DNA from: a virus
Lineage: Duplodnaviria > Heunggongvirae > Uroviricota > Caudoviricetes
DNA length: 64,000 bases
Reading direction: 5' to 3' (one strand)
Virus record (IMG/VR): IMGVR_UViG_3300024270_000054
Shown here: piece by piece, positions 17,148-26,557 of the stretch
Layout of the letters: every line of letters starts with the position of its first letter
Numbering within the stretch: position 1 is the first letter of the stretch
The notes under the pieces: model-generated
Told to the model about the DNA's origin: nothing
Databases searched by the model: none
The model's input: the letters and a program-made list of their open reading frames with translations, nothing else
Made by a program: the position numbers and the translations under genes

Positions 17148-17450
17148 ATGGGTATCGTGTACATCAATGCTCCGCAGTTTCTTGTAGATGGAAATGCGAA
17201 GTTTAGAAAGCTCATGTTCATCAAGAAGGGCGGGAGAGCCGTCCATCAAGGAACCGGGATGGATATTTCGCGCGACTATTTTGATGCCGAGCTCATCTGC
17301 ATATCCAATGAGGATGAGGAAAACTGGATTGGTAATTATGCAGAAGGTCTAGGCTTTTTCAACATCCGTTTCGCAAAGGCAGACTGCCGCGAGGCTACGG
17401 ATGAAGAAGTGCGCATGTGGCGAAAAGATCATGAGTCAATCAAGTTTTAA
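17148..17450 (+). CDS. hypothetical protein
   Basis: 100 aa ORF. Confidence 0.45.
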   Translation: MGIVYINAPQFLVDGNAKFRKLMFIKKGGRAVHQGTGMDISRDYFDAELICISNEDEENWIGNYAEGLGFFNIRFAKADCREATDEEVRMWRKDHESIKF

Positions 17451-17664
17451 TGAGTTAATAAATATGGGTAAAATCATTGGAATAAAGGCGATTGATATTC
17501 TGGTTGAGGATGGAGAAAGGATAAGAACGGTTCGCCTTTCCGATTTTGCAGATCAGGATTTTACGATATCTGGCGAGCAAGACCTGTCGGATAAAAAACG
17601 ACCATTGAAATGCAGGCTTACAGTAAACATCGATTGTGATGGTTTCATTGCTCGCATTTTATAA
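17431..17664 (+). CDS. hypothetical protein
   Basis: Internal ATG chosen. 77 aa. Confidence 0.4.
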   Translation: MSQSSFNELINMGKIIGIKAIDILVEDGERIRTVRLSDFADQDFTISGEQDLSDKKRPLKCRLTVNIDCDGFIARIL

Positions 17665-17949
17665 TTCGCCAAATAATAAAGCAGAAAAAATATATTGGGT
17701 GATTATAATGACGATACATGAATTTCAACATTGCGACGGCATGATGGGCGATGTTAAAACCCTCAATATGTACTTGGTAAGCTTCGAGGTAGATACCGGG
17801 GTTTTGTAAGCATGAATTTGAGATGATCGACGATAAAGTGCTAACGAATAAATCTGGCAATCCGTGTGATCATCTCAGGGTTTATCGCTGTAAGAAATGC
17901 GGGTATGTGCAGCGTGTGTATTCTAGGTCAATTTTTGAGGGATAAGAAA

Positions 17950-18270
17950 ATGACAAGAGAGCAATTAGAAAAGGCAAACCTGATCAAAAAAGAGCTTGAC
18001 GAGATGAAGCAGACGTTAGCTTCTATCGAAAGCTCCGTGTGGCATCGTAAGCGTGATTTGGATAGAAACAAGTCCGGTCATCGCCATGAGTGGCTAAATA
18101 GCTTGTATGCATCGTTTAAGTTCAGATCAAAGAATAGGGCAGCGTTGACCGTTCATTATGAATTCTCATCCCCTATCGAGTTTGATGTTGATGAGGAATT
18201 TGTGGACATGGTTCATGCGTACTTCAAAAGGAAGATTGCAGAGAAGGAAGAGGAGTTAAAAGCAATATAA
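17950..18270 (+). CDS. hypothetical protein
   Basis: RBS GAGGGATAAG. 106 aa. Confidence 0.5.
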   Translation: MTREQLEKANLIKKELDEMKQTLASIESSVWHRKRDLDRNKSGHRHEWLNSLYASFKFRSKNRAALTVHYEFSSPIEFDVDEEFVDMVHAYFKRKIAEKEEELKAI

Positions 18271-18518
18271 TGATGGACGAAAAATATATCCTCATCATGG
18301 TAACGGATAGGTTTGCGCTAATTCATCCGCCTGAAATCCATGATACATTTGAAGGTGCATATGCGAGCCTTACAGCTCACGCCAAGGATGTCACAGCGTT
18401 GGAAAAGCACGAATACGATTTAAAGCGGTTCAATTACGCTATGTATCGCGTGGATAAGGATTTGAATGTCAAAAGAATCATGAACATACCCTATGTGAAC
18501 ATGAAAGCCGGAGGATGA
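18270..18518 (+). CDS. hypothetical protein
   Basis: ATGA-coupled to the upstream gene. 82 aa. Confidence 0.5.
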   Translation: MMDEKYILIMVTDRFALIHPPEIHDTFEGAYASLTAHAKDVTALEKHEYDLKRFNYAMYRVDKDLNVKRIMNIPYVNMKAGG

Positions 18519-18706
18519 AAATGGAACTTTGCATACCTGTCAATCTGCTGATGCAGAAGCTTGATAAGGAGATTGAGTTATCTTATCAGGAGAGAGAAAT
18601 TGCGCATAAGGATGTAGAGCGTGCGCATAACAATGGCGAGATTCAAGAGGCAAACAGAATTAAGAGTTTCATCATGTCGTATGTTGCGTCAGAGCAGAAG
18701 AAATGA
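18515..18706 (+). CDS. hypothetical protein
   Basis: Coupled. 63 aa. Confidence 0.45.
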   Translation: MKMELCIPVNLLMQKLDKEIELSYQEREIAHKDVERAHNNGEIQEANRIKSFIMSYVASEQKK

Positions 18707-18712
18707 GGGTGT

Positions 18713-19093
18713 GTGCGGATGATGAAAAGAACAGCCGATATTGTCCGGTGCTGTAAGAAACACCTGTATCCCGAAGTCCAAGAAGCGCCGGATAGGATTA
18801 GGATGTATATGTCGAAAGAGTGCGCCTGCCCCGTTGAGTATTACACGGATGCCATTCTCAGTCGGATTCTGCTTGATGCAATGTGCGACTATCTTGATTC
18901 TTGTGATCGCCCTAGCGCGTTTATCAGGCAGATGGCCGACGTAGTTGCCGTTCCGCAGGATCGTGAGCTTACATTTATGGACAGGGTTTGCACAAGTTTT
19001 CTGCTTGTCCGAGTGATGAAAGATGGAGAATACATTAACGGATTCAAACCGGAATTCTTTGATGATGCGGAGGTAAGCAATGAGAAAGTTTAG
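18713..19093 (+). CDS. hypothetical protein
   Basis: 126 aa. Confidence 0.5.
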   Translation: MRMMKRTADIVRCCKKHLYPEVQEAPDRIRMYMSKECACPVEYYTDAILSRILLDAMCDYLDSCDRPSAFIRQMADVVAVPQDRELTFMDRVCTSFLLVRVMKDGEYINGFKPEFFDDAEVSNEKV

Positions 19094-19721
19094 TATTCAC
19101 AGAAACTATTATGGCGAATGCGATATCTATGAGCGCGATGAAATTGAGATCAAGCCCGGTGTTACGGTGCTTGTCGGCTGCAATGGAGCCGGGAAGACGA
19201 CGCTTATCACGCAAATGATGGAATCGCTAAAAGAGCGCAAAATCATGGCTATCATGTATGATAACCTCCAAGATGGCGGCGATAGAGCGCTTAGTGCTGC
19301 AGGATATAATGAAAACTTTAAGCTCATGGCGAAGCTGATGCAGTCCAGCGAGGGCGAAAACATCGTCAATAACATCGGCGAATTTGCAGGGCGTTTGGGC
19401 AAAATGATTCGTCAGCAGCCGAATGATTCTGAAATCTGGATTTTCTTTGATGCTGTAGATTCTGGCATGAGCATTGACAATATTGTCGATGTAAAGAATT
19501 TCTTCAATCTGGTTTTGAAGGAAAAAGGGAAGACGGTCTATATCGTCGCTTCTGCCAATGAATACGAGCTTGCCCGTGGTGAGCAGTGCTTCGATGTTCA
19601 TAGCGGAAAGTACGTAACCTTTTCAGACTATGAAGATTTCCGTTCGTTCATCCTGAAGTCAAGAGAGATCAAGAAGGAAAGAAAGTATATTCCTATTGGA
19701 AGAAGGAAGAGAAATGAATAG
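19080..19721 (+). CDS. P-loop ATPase (ABC/AAA_21-like)
   Basis: Walker A GCNGAGKTT, a Q-loop/signature-like SEGEN, and a Walker B-like IWIFFDAVDSG. Confidence 0.55.
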   Translation: MRKFSIHRNYYGECDIYERDEIEIKPGVTVLVGCNGAGKTTLITQMMESLKERKIMAIMYDNLQDGGDRALSAAGYNENFKLMAKLMQSSEGENIVNNIGEFAGRLGKMIRQQPNDSEIWIFFDAVDSGMSIDNIVDVKNFFNLVLKEKGKTVYIVASANEYELARGEQCFDVHSGKYVTFSDYEDFRSFILKSREIKKERKYIPIGRRKRNE

Positions 19722-19935
19722 AGAGTATATGCAGGCTGGCATGGAGCGTATGCTGACCTATCATAACCAGATCCACAAGGACGAAAGATTGAAGCAGGCG
19801 TGCGGACATTGTGATCATTTCTTGGGTAAGGAACATGACTATCATGAATGCAAGCGATGCGCTGTATTCCAGATGTATTGCGAATTGCAGCAGTATCATT
19901 TTGTTGATACATTCCGCTATGGAGGTTACTACTGA
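19714..19935 (+). CDS. hypothetical Cys/His-rich small protein
   Basis: CGHCDH...HECKRC motif. Confidence 0.4.
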   Translation: MNREYMQAGMERMLTYHNQIHKDERLKQACGHCDHFLGKEHDYHECKRCAVFQMYCELQQYHFVDTFRYGGYY

Positions 19936-19950
19936 TATTATAAAAACAAA

Positions 19951-19991
19951 TCAGTAAAAGTATTGACAAACTGAATGTCTGGAGATATATT
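19951..19991 (+). promoter_or_regulatory. promoter carrying the conserved motif (TCAGTAAAAGTA-TTGACA-17nt-TATATT); a second degenerate motif copy follows at 20001-20015
   Basis: TTGACA at 19963-19968 and TATATT at 19986-19991. Confidence 0.55.
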
Positions 19992-20014
19992 ATAACCAAG
20001 ACAGAAAAAGTATA

Positions 20015-20344
20015 TTGCTTTCGAGAAAAAATATGAGTATGAATGCACATCACTGCAACGCAGTGCTTACAGAAGACAGAGAAAAGGCTGAATGGGCGTT
20101 TTCTGCAATTGAAGAAGTGTTTACAGAGGTGTGGGGCAAGGTTGTAAACAGGCGAATGACAAAGAACGATATGCGTCTCACGTTTGAAAGCGGAGAGCTA
20201 TTGGTTTGGCTAAAGCCCAGCCAAGAATTGCGCGGGTATCGTTTTCACAGGCTGTTTGCCGATCATGAGCTGACCGTAGAATATATTCGCGCTTATGTCT
20301 TGCCATATATCCGCTGTTCTGTGGACGATATTGTTTGGATCTAA
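20015..20344 (+). CDS. hypothetical protein (start probably ATG 20033)
   Basis: 109 aa ORF. Confidence 0.45.
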   Translation: MLSRKNMSMNAHHCNAVLTEDREKAEWAFSAIEEVFTEVWGKVVNRRMTKNDMRLTFESGELLVWLKPSQELRGYRFHRLFADHELTVEYIRAYVLPYIRCSVDDIVWI

Positions 20345-20643
20345 AAGGAGATGAATGTGATATGGGCAGTTTATACAACATGGTTTTCGGCAAGAACCCT
20401 GATACAAAGGATATTCTTGCGTTGATTGGTCTTACAGAGGGTGACGTTGAGCGTTTCCGGGATTGCTTTATCGAAGATGGCGAGATTGTCATCCTGACGC
20501 GCACAGGCGGTCTGAATCGTGAAGACTTTAAGAATAAGGCGCTGATCAGCAATCCGCATTATCTGTATGACAGGGACGATGATTTTGATAACACCTATGC
20601 GTATTATCATTTCAGCATCCCGGCGGAGCATAAAGAAGGATAA
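20335..20643 (+). CDS. hypothetical protein (start probably ATG 20362)
   Basis: AAAGGAGATG RBS. About 93 aa. Confidence 0.45.
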   Translation: MDLKGDECDMGSLYNMVFGKNPDTKDILALIGLTEGDVERFRDCFIEDGEIVILTRTGGLNREDFKNKALISNPHYLYDRDDDFDNTYAYYHFSIPAEHKEG

Positions 20644-20761
20644 AATATTTCTTTTATCCTGATGCCCAAAGTATCGGGGTTTTCAGGACTTGAAAGAAAC
20701 CGTCAGCGCATCTTATTTGTGATGCGCTTTCAGAAATACAGCAAACTTAGGTGATTATTCG

Positions 20762-21469
20762 ATGAGTGATAAAAGAAATACTTTAGCTCCTGCGCAGCCG
20801 CTCAATATCTTGGTGGCCTGCGAGGAGTCTCAGGTAGTTACGATAGAACTACGCAGGCGCGGTCATCGCGCATTCTCCTGTGACATTCTGGATTGTTCAG
20901 GCGATCATCCGCAGTGGCATATCAAGCAGGATGTAATTCCTTTGCTTGGCGGTAATTGTGAATTTACAACGTGTGATGGGAAGCGGCATGCTGTGCATGG
21001 CCGTTGGGATATGATCATTGCTTTTCCGCCGTGTACGTATTTGACCAATGCTGGTGCGCGTCATCTTTGGAAAGGGCATGTGCTCAATCAGGAGCGCTAT
21101 CAGAAAGGGCTTGAAGCCAAGGCATTCTTTATGCAGTTCTATCATGCGCCATGCGATAGGATTGTAATTGAGAATCCAACGCCGAGCCGTATCTATGATC
21201 TGCCAAAGCCATCTCAGACAATTCAGCCTTGGCAGTTTGGGCATCCATTCACGAAGCGAACAAATCTGTGGGAGATAGGCGTTCCGCCTCTTACTCCTAC
21301 GGACATTGTTGAACCAACAAGAACATGGTGTCCTTCTGGCTCATATTCAAAGCGTCACGGAGAGCAGCATCGCGGTATGTTTACAACAGATAGAGCCAGA
21401 AATAGGAGCAAAACATTCCCCGGTATTGCAGCGGCCATGGCCGAGCAATGGACAGAAAGAGTGATTTGA
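20762..21469 (+). CDS. hypothetical protein with a weak resemblance to C5-cytosine methyltransferase catalytic motifs
   Basis: AFPPCTYLTNAG resembles the PC-motif IV and IENP resembles ENV-motif VI. No FxGxG motif I is present. Confidence 0.4.
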   Translation: MSDKRNTLAPAQPLNILVACEESQVVTIELRRRGHRAFSCDILDCSGDHPQWHIKQDVIPLLGGNCEFTTCDGKRHAVHGRWDMIIAFPPCTYLTNAGARHLWKGHVLNQERYQKGLEAKAFFMQFYHAPCDRIVIENPTPSRIYDLPKPSQTIQPWQFGHPFTKRTNLWEIGVPPLTPTDIVEPTRTWCPSGSYSKRHGEQHRGMFTTDRARNRSKTFPGIAAAMAEQWTERVI

Positions 21470-21658
21470 ATGGATTTAACAGTGCAGTTTAATGAGCTGA
21501 ATAGGTTTATGGAAATCTTCGGAAGCCATAGATTTGCGCTCGTTTTTGAAACGTTTTCAGAGAGATTGATTGCAATTGCAAGGGAATCCAACATTACTCC
21601 CGGTGAATTGTTTGACTTGTGGATGAAAGATAGGGAGCAGACACATGAGAATGACTGA
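21470..21658 (+). CDS. hypothetical protein
   Basis: 62 aa, coupled. Confidence 0.4.
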   Translation: MDLTVQFNELNRFMEIFGSHRFALVFETFSERLIAIARESNITPGELFDLWMKDREQTHEND

Positions 21659-22208
21659 GGCAGAACTGAAACAAGCCATTCCATTTATGTACCGATCTGA
21701 TAAAGATATGGTTGCCGTTGAGTATGGCGATATCCCGTCCTATACATATACATATGAGAATTACCAGTATTGGCAGGGACATAAGGGTACGATTTCAAAT
21801 GTTTCGGCTGTAGAAGCTTATATGTATGCCGTCAACGGAGGCTATCATGTGTATAGCACACTGATTGGCACCGTTCAGATATCCGTAAAGGGTGATGTTC
21901 TTTGCGGCAGCATAAACGTAAAGTATCGTGGAATGACATATTCCATTTGGCTGAATCTCATGTATGGTCTGAAATCTCTGTCCATCATGCATATTAGCGC
22001 AAGCTCAGTGACTGGATTTACCAATTCAGATGGGCAGAGCAGCCCAACAAGGAAAGCAAATACCAAGGAGATTGACAAAGACGTTCTTGAGAAGATCCTG
22101 AACGATCCTCTTGAAGATTACGGCGTGGGTATCCAGCTCTTTATGGAAGCTGTGCGCAAGACATATGAGCTTGGCAAGACAAACTGTATTATGGAGAAAC
22201 ACTTATAA
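21645..22208 (+). CDS. hypothetical protein
   Basis: 187 aa. Confidence 0.5.
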   Translation: MRMTEAELKQAIPFMYRSDKDMVAVEYGDIPSYTYTYENYQYWQGHKGTISNVSAVEAYMYAVNGGYHVYSTLIGTVQISVKGDVLCGSINVKYRGMTYSIWLNLMYGLKSLSIMHISASSVTGFTNSDGQSSPTRKANTKEIDKDVLEKILNDPLEDYGVGIQLFMEAVRKTYELGKTNCIMEKHL

Positions 22209-22229
22209 ATGGAATAGAGGTAAAAGGAT

Positions 22230-22646
22230 ATGGACAATAGCAGGTATATGTACAACATGACCATTGGCGATTGGTCTGACGATGGTCATAGCGAGTCTGT
22301 GAACTTTGTCTTTTTCAGCAACAAGCCGATTGAAGACGTTCGTGAAGCGCATTATCGGATTAAGGAAGTGACCGGAATTGATATCGAAAGTATCTGTTCC
22401 GATTACGATGAGGACTGGATTGATGACGATATCTTTGAGCAGATCGTCGCTCTGGGTTTTGAGTTTGACGACGATTCCATGATGCCGTCCGAACACGAGC
22501 TTGCAAAGCTTTGGGCATTTCTTCTCAATCAGGTCGATCCCGATTTGAGTATTCGCGTCTTGACGGATCTGGAAAGAATTCATTTCCATGGTCTTGATGA
22601 AAAGCGCAGGCATATTGGTTCTGTTGGATATGGCCTTTTCTGTTGA
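22230..22646 (+). CDS. hypothetical acidic protein
   Basis: RBS AGAGGTAAAAGG. 138 aa, Asp/Glu-rich. Confidence 0.5.
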   Translation: MDNSRYMYNMTIGDWSDDGHSESVNFVFFSNKPIEDVREAHYRIKEVTGIDIESICSDYDEDWIDDDIFEQIVALGFEFDDDSMMPSEHELAKLWAFLLNQVDPDLSIRVLTDLERIHFHGLDEKRRHIGSVGYGLFC

Positions 22647-22655
22647 GGTATATAA

Positions 22656-22952
22656 ATGAGTTACAATTGGGCGGTCATATCTGACAATGCAGAAAAGATA
22701 GAAAAGGTATTTTCTATTGTCAAAGACGAGCTTGGCAAGGAAAACATTATCTATGATAAGGCGCAGCCTTATGGAAGAAGGGTTCTCTTTGCAGATGGGC
22801 ATACATTTTCTTCAATCAAGCCATCTCCCTATATGCGAGGCGTGAGAATTGAGCGCGTGTGGATTGATGAAGATTTGAAGCAAAATGAAGATGTTCGATG
22901 TCTGGTATATCCGACGCTACTCTGCAAACTGAGCGACATCGTTTGGATTTAA
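22656..22952 (+). CDS. hypothetical protein
   Basis: 98 aa. Confidence 0.45.
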   Translation: MSYNWAVISDNAEKIEKVFSIVKDELGKENIIYDKAQPYGRRVLFADGHTFSSIKPSPYMRGVRIERVWIDEDLKQNEDVRCLVYPTLLCKLSDIVWI

Positions 22953-23149
22953 TGAACAGATCAAATTGACTTTTTATCGTCGATTTGCATTGCTGTAACC
23001 TCCATAGTTTGAGCTTTTGTATTCTGCTGTCATTTTCAAGAATTGTTAATGGTGGCAGAATAGCTCAATGTTTGAGCTTTATAAGTTCATTGTGATATAA
23101 AAAGTCAAGTTCATACGATGTGACATATACATCGGAGGACTTGAAAATC

Positions 23150-24055
23150 ATGCAGGCATGGCCGCTTGAACGCAAGATTCAGGTAACACAAACCAGAATT
23201 ATGGAGTGGTACAATCACTATAACGGTAAGGTTTATGTAAGCTTTAGCGGTGGCAAGGATTCAACCGTTCTTCTTGACCTTGTGCGAAGGATATATCCAG
23301 ATGTCCCGGCAGTGTTTATTGATACGGGACTGGAATTTCCAGAACTCAGGGAATTTGTAAAATCCATCCCAAACGTAGTATGGTTAAAGCCAGCAATGAA
23401 TTTCCGCAAAGTAATAGAAGAGTTCGGATACCCAATGATCAGCAAAAGGGTTGCTGGATATGTTGCAACAGCGAGGCGTAATCCTGATTCAATGCGTGCG
23501 AAATACTTACGTGGCGAAATGGATAGCAAATTGTTTGGCTTCTCAAATGGTAAATATGCATATCTTGTCGATGCGCCATTTCGTATTTCAGATTATTGCT
23601 GCGAGGTTATGAAAAAGCGACCAAACAAGAAATTTGCAAAAGAGACGGGAAGAGTGCCAATGTTTGCAACGATGGCATGTGAATCTGTACACCGCAGGAA
23701 TGATTGGCTGGTTAATGGCTGCAATGCATTCTCTGACAGAGAGCCCAGATCGAAACCTATGTCTTTTTGGACAGAGAATGATATTCTGGATTATTTACAT
23801 AGGTTTCAGATTCCTTACGCATCCGTATATGGCGATATTATTACGGACAAAAAAGGAAAGTTTAAGACAACCAAATGTAAGAGGACAGGATGTGTATTTT
23901 GTGGCTTTGGGTGTCATTTGGATGGAGAGCCGAATCGATTTCAACAACTAAAGGACACGCATCCAAATCTATGGGATTACTGCATGCGCCCATGGGAAAA
24001 TGGGGGTCTGGGGATGAAAGACGTTCTTGAGTATATTCATGTTCCAATTGAGTAA
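23150..24055 (+). CDS. PAPS-reductase-like (PP-loop ATP pyrophosphatase family) protein with a C-terminal Cys cluster (DUF3440-like)
   Basis: PP-loop SFSGGKDSTVLLDL. C-terminal CKRTGCVFCGFGCH. GGAGGA RBS before ATG 23150. Confidence 0.7.
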   Translation: MQAWPLERKIQVTQTRIMEWYNHYNGKVYVSFSGGKDSTVLLDLVRRIYPDVPAVFIDTGLEFPELREFVKSIPNVVWLKPAMNFRKVIEEFGYPMISKRVAGYVATARRNPDSMRAKYLRGEMDSKLFGFSNGKYAYLVDAPFRISDYCCEVMKKRPNKKFAKETGRVPMFATMACESVHRRNDWLVNGCNAFSDREPRSKPMSFWTENDILDYLHRFQIPYASVYGDIITDKKGKFKTTKCKRTGCVFCGFGCHLDGEPNRFQQLKDTHPNLWDYCMRPWENGGLGMKDVLEYIHVPIE

Positions 24056-24115
24056 TTGAAATAGGCGCAGCATTACACTATAATGAATACATAGATGAAA
24101 TGGCAGGAGATACCA

Positions 24116-24706
24116 ATGTCTTACTTTAAGAAAATGGCCGATATCCTCAAACCGATTAAGGTTGGCAGCGTTGAGGTTGATATCATGGATTATACCCAAA
24201 GGGAGATTGGGTTTCGTGAAGCGATTTCCGGTTTGCAGAATGAGCGCTATGCAAGGCTTCGTATCGACGGTGAAACCATGATGTCTGAAACGCCTATGGA
24301 GCATAGGACGAATCTTGTTTTTGTTCGTGATGCGCATGGCGATGTGCTCATTGGCGGTCTTGGCCTTGGCATGATCATCATGGCGATTCAGGATGTAGAA
24401 GACGTTCGCTCTGTAACCGTCATTGAAAAGTCTCAAGATGTCATTGATGCCATCCAGCATCAGCTTCCTTTGAATGATAAGGTGAAGATCATTTGCGCCG
24501 ATGTATTTGATTGGAAGCCGGATAAGAAGTATGATTGTATCTACATGGACATCTGGTATTATCCTAGCCATGAAATCTACGACGAGATGAAGAAGCTAAA
24601 ACGAAAGTTTGGGCATTATCTGAAATCAAAAGAAGAAAGCCCGTATCGCTTTAATATGTGCTGGTGCGAATGGTACGCAAAAACAGGACACCGACTTTTG
24701 TGGTAA
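24116..24706 (+). CDS. class-I SAM-dependent methyltransferase fold, spermidine-synthase-like
   Basis: RIDGETMMSETPMEHR...VLIGGLGLGMIIMAI...VTVIEKSQDVIDAI...KVKIICADVF...YDCIYMDIW parallels the spermidine synthase pattern LDG...E.DE..YHEM...VLIIGGGDGG...V.VEID..V...D.R....DG..FV...YDVII.D. Confidence 0.5.
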   Translation: MSYFKKMADILKPIKVGSVEVDIMDYTQREIGFREAISGLQNERYARLRIDGETMMSETPMEHRTNLVFVRDAHGDVLIGGLGLGMIIMAIQDVEDVRSVTVIEKSQDVIDAIQHQLPLNDKVKIICADVFDWKPDKKYDCIYMDIWYYPSHEIYDEMKKLKRKFGHYLKSKEESPYRFNMCWCEWYAKTGHRLLW

Positions 24707-24727
24707 AAGCTTTGATGAGGTGAAATT

Positions 24728-25039
24728 ATGATCGATTATACGGGTCTTGACAGGGAGATTTCTTGTACGTTTATTGATCAGACTAATCATGGCCGTGCCT
24801 ATTCGGAGAAAATTGCGATGACTCCAATGGGCGTAGGATTCGTTATTCTGTTCCGGTGTCTTGATGATCAGGAGAGTAGATGGGGTATGTATGGCGTTGG
24901 CGATCTGAGGCTTACGTTTGATTCGTTCGAAAAAGCGGAGGCAATGTGGTATCGGACGCTGCTGCGCAGGCTGGGTTCAAACCGTATTTCTGATTTGAAG
25001 TGGGATTATAAGGTGAACGGGAACGATGGATTGTTCTGA
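24728..25039 (+). CDS. hypothetical protein
   Basis: 103 aa. Confidence 0.45.
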   Translation: MIDYTGLDREISCTFIDQTNHGRAYSEKIAMTPMGVGFVILFRCLDDQESRWGMYGVGDLRLTFDSFEKAEAMWYRTLLRRLGSNRISDLKWDYKVNGNDGLF

Positions 25040-25210
25040 TAATACGACAAATTGTTCTGATAAGCGGTATTATTCGGAACAATACGATGTTTTCTCCAAC
25101 AATATTCGGAATAAAAGGCAGTGCAATTGTTGATTTGCAGCGTCGTATTGTTGGAATACAGCTTCTATTGTTGGGAGACGAAGGTATATTGTTGGGAAAG
25201 CGGAAGTGAT
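25040..25210. repeat. array of about seven ATTGTT(G/C)-containing short repeats in an intergenic region (iteron-like)
   Basis: attgttctga, aacaatacgatg, aacaatattcgg, attgttgatt, attgttggaata, attgttgggag and attgttgggaaag all lie within 170 nt. Confidence 0.6.
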
Positions 25211-25218
25211 CTAGATCC

Positions 25219-25452
25219 ATGAATTTTGAGTTGACTAAGTTGGAATTAAATCGGATTAAATTCTGGAAAGAAAACCCGGATATTTTTCTTGAGGAATATT
25301 TTTGCATTAAATTGCTTCCATATCAAAAACGGATGCTTCGTCTGCTTCGGCATACGCCTATATATTTGCGTATGCCGTATAAATTAGGACTTTTAAAAAA
25401 GAATCTTGAAATGAAGGTTTACGAAGACGCTTATTGCGAGAATTCCAATTGA
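25219..25452 (+). CDS. hypothetical protein
   Basis: 77 aa. Confidence 0.4.
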   Translation: MNFELTKLELNRIKFWKENPDIFLEEYFCIKLLPYQKRMLRLLRHTPIYLRMPYKLGLLKKNLEMKVYEDAYCENSN

Positions 25453-25458
25453 TAAAGG

Positions 25459-25659
25459 ATGAGAAATATGGAAAACGAAGAGCGCTCTGTAGTTCTGCTG
25501 CGAGCTTGTCTTGATCTGCTGAATAAGCAGAAAGAATCATATTGCGTGCTGAATTTGCTTGAGCAAACCGTGTACTACGATGGAACAGATTGCGATGGGT
25601 ATTGCTTGTCTGAAGATATCGAGCTGTATCTTGATAGCATCAAGCAATCTAACATCTGA
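25459..25659 (+). CDS. hypothetical protein
   Basis: 66 aa. RBS AAGGATGAG. Confidence 0.4.
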   Translation: MRNMENEERSVVLLRACLDLLNKQKESYCVLNLLEQTVYYDGTDCDGYCLSEDIELYLDSIKQSNI

Positions 25660-25690
25660 TTTGTTACATGAAAATCGGAGTGTTACATTC

Positions 25691-26272
25691 ATGTGGAAAT
25701 TTGTACATAATGGGCAGGCTTGGTGGCTGCGCATTGAAAGCGGCGATCAGCTCCTTGATTATCTGCGAGCAACTGACGAGGAGAGATACGGGAGAAGCAC
25801 TCTTCGTGTGGCGAAGCGGGTAAGAGACGGCTTAGATGATCGGGATAAGCATGGTTGCTATCCGATGGCCGATGCGATTGAAATTCTTTGGAAGAATTCT
25901 GACATGAATCTGTTTGAAATGGCCGGACAACTCATGATGATGGGGTATAACACGTATTTTAAACTGCTGGATCAGCATGGGTTTATCAATATCAATCATG
26001 TTGGTGGCTGCAATTCTTTTTCTTGGGAACCAGTTGCTACGGAATTCAGAGAAAAGCTTGTTTTCCCGCATTACACCATGGACGACATCAGGGTAAAAAC
26101 ATGGGAGCTGGAGGAGAAAAAGCGCGGGATTAAGCGCCCATATGATTATCGGTATCACTGGTATGCGTATCTTGGAGATGTTCAACTCAAAAATGGCGAT
26201 GTAGAAAAATGGGATACGAGGAATGAGGCATATGAGTTCGCGCGAAGCCTTGTAGAAAGGAAGATATCATGA
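25691..26272 (+). CDS. hypothetical protein
   Basis: GGAG RBS. 193 aa. Confidence 0.5.
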   Translation: MWKFVHNGQAWWLRIESGDQLLDYLRATDEERYGRSTLRVAKRVRDGLDDRDKHGCYPMADAIEILWKNSDMNLFEMAGQLMMMGYNTYFKLLDQHGFININHVGGCNSFSWEPVATEFREKLVFPHYTMDDIRVKTWELEEKKRGIKRPYDYRYHWYAYLGDVQLKNGDVEKWDTRNEAYEFARSLVERKIS

Positions 26273-26478
26273 CAATCAAGCAGTACAATCGAGAATTTTT
26301 TCCGAAGTATCTCAGCGCCCATTGTCTGATTCGTCAGCTTGATACCATACTCGATTATCTTGGTGATGACGCGAGATCGCAGTTTATTCCGTTTGGATGG
26401 AATGAAGAGATGAAACAGTTTCTGCTTGATGCGCTGGAAAGCCATAGAGAGCATGCCCATGTTGACATCAATCCGTGA
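26269..26478 (+). CDS. hypothetical protein
   Basis: 69 aa, coupled. Confidence 0.45.
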   Translation: MTIKQYNREFFPKYLSAHCLIRQLDTILDYLGDDARSQFIPFGWNEEMKQFLLDALESHREHAHVDINP

Positions 26479-26502
26479 TTTGTCAAAAACATTAAGAAAT
26501 AA

Positions 26503-26544
26503 AGCAGATAAAGTATTGACAACAAGCGAGAGAAAGAATATAAT
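26503..26544 (+). promoter_or_regulatory. promoter carrying the conserved motif (AGCAGATAAAGTA-TTGACA-17nt-TATAAT)
   Basis: TTGACA at 26516-26521 and TATAAT at 26539-26544. Confidence 0.6.
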
Positions 26545-26557
26545 TGAATCAGTTGAT

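Noticed and set aside
20704-20730. Hairpin cagcgcatc-ttatttgt-gatgcgct as a terminator
   Set aside because: Only a weak trailing T-tract (gcgcttt then cag). It may be a weak terminator or attenuator but is not confident enough to list as a feature.
22203-22802. 199-aa minus-strand ORF
   Set aside because: Overlaps two plus-strand ORFs that have good RBSs and follow the uniform gene orientation.
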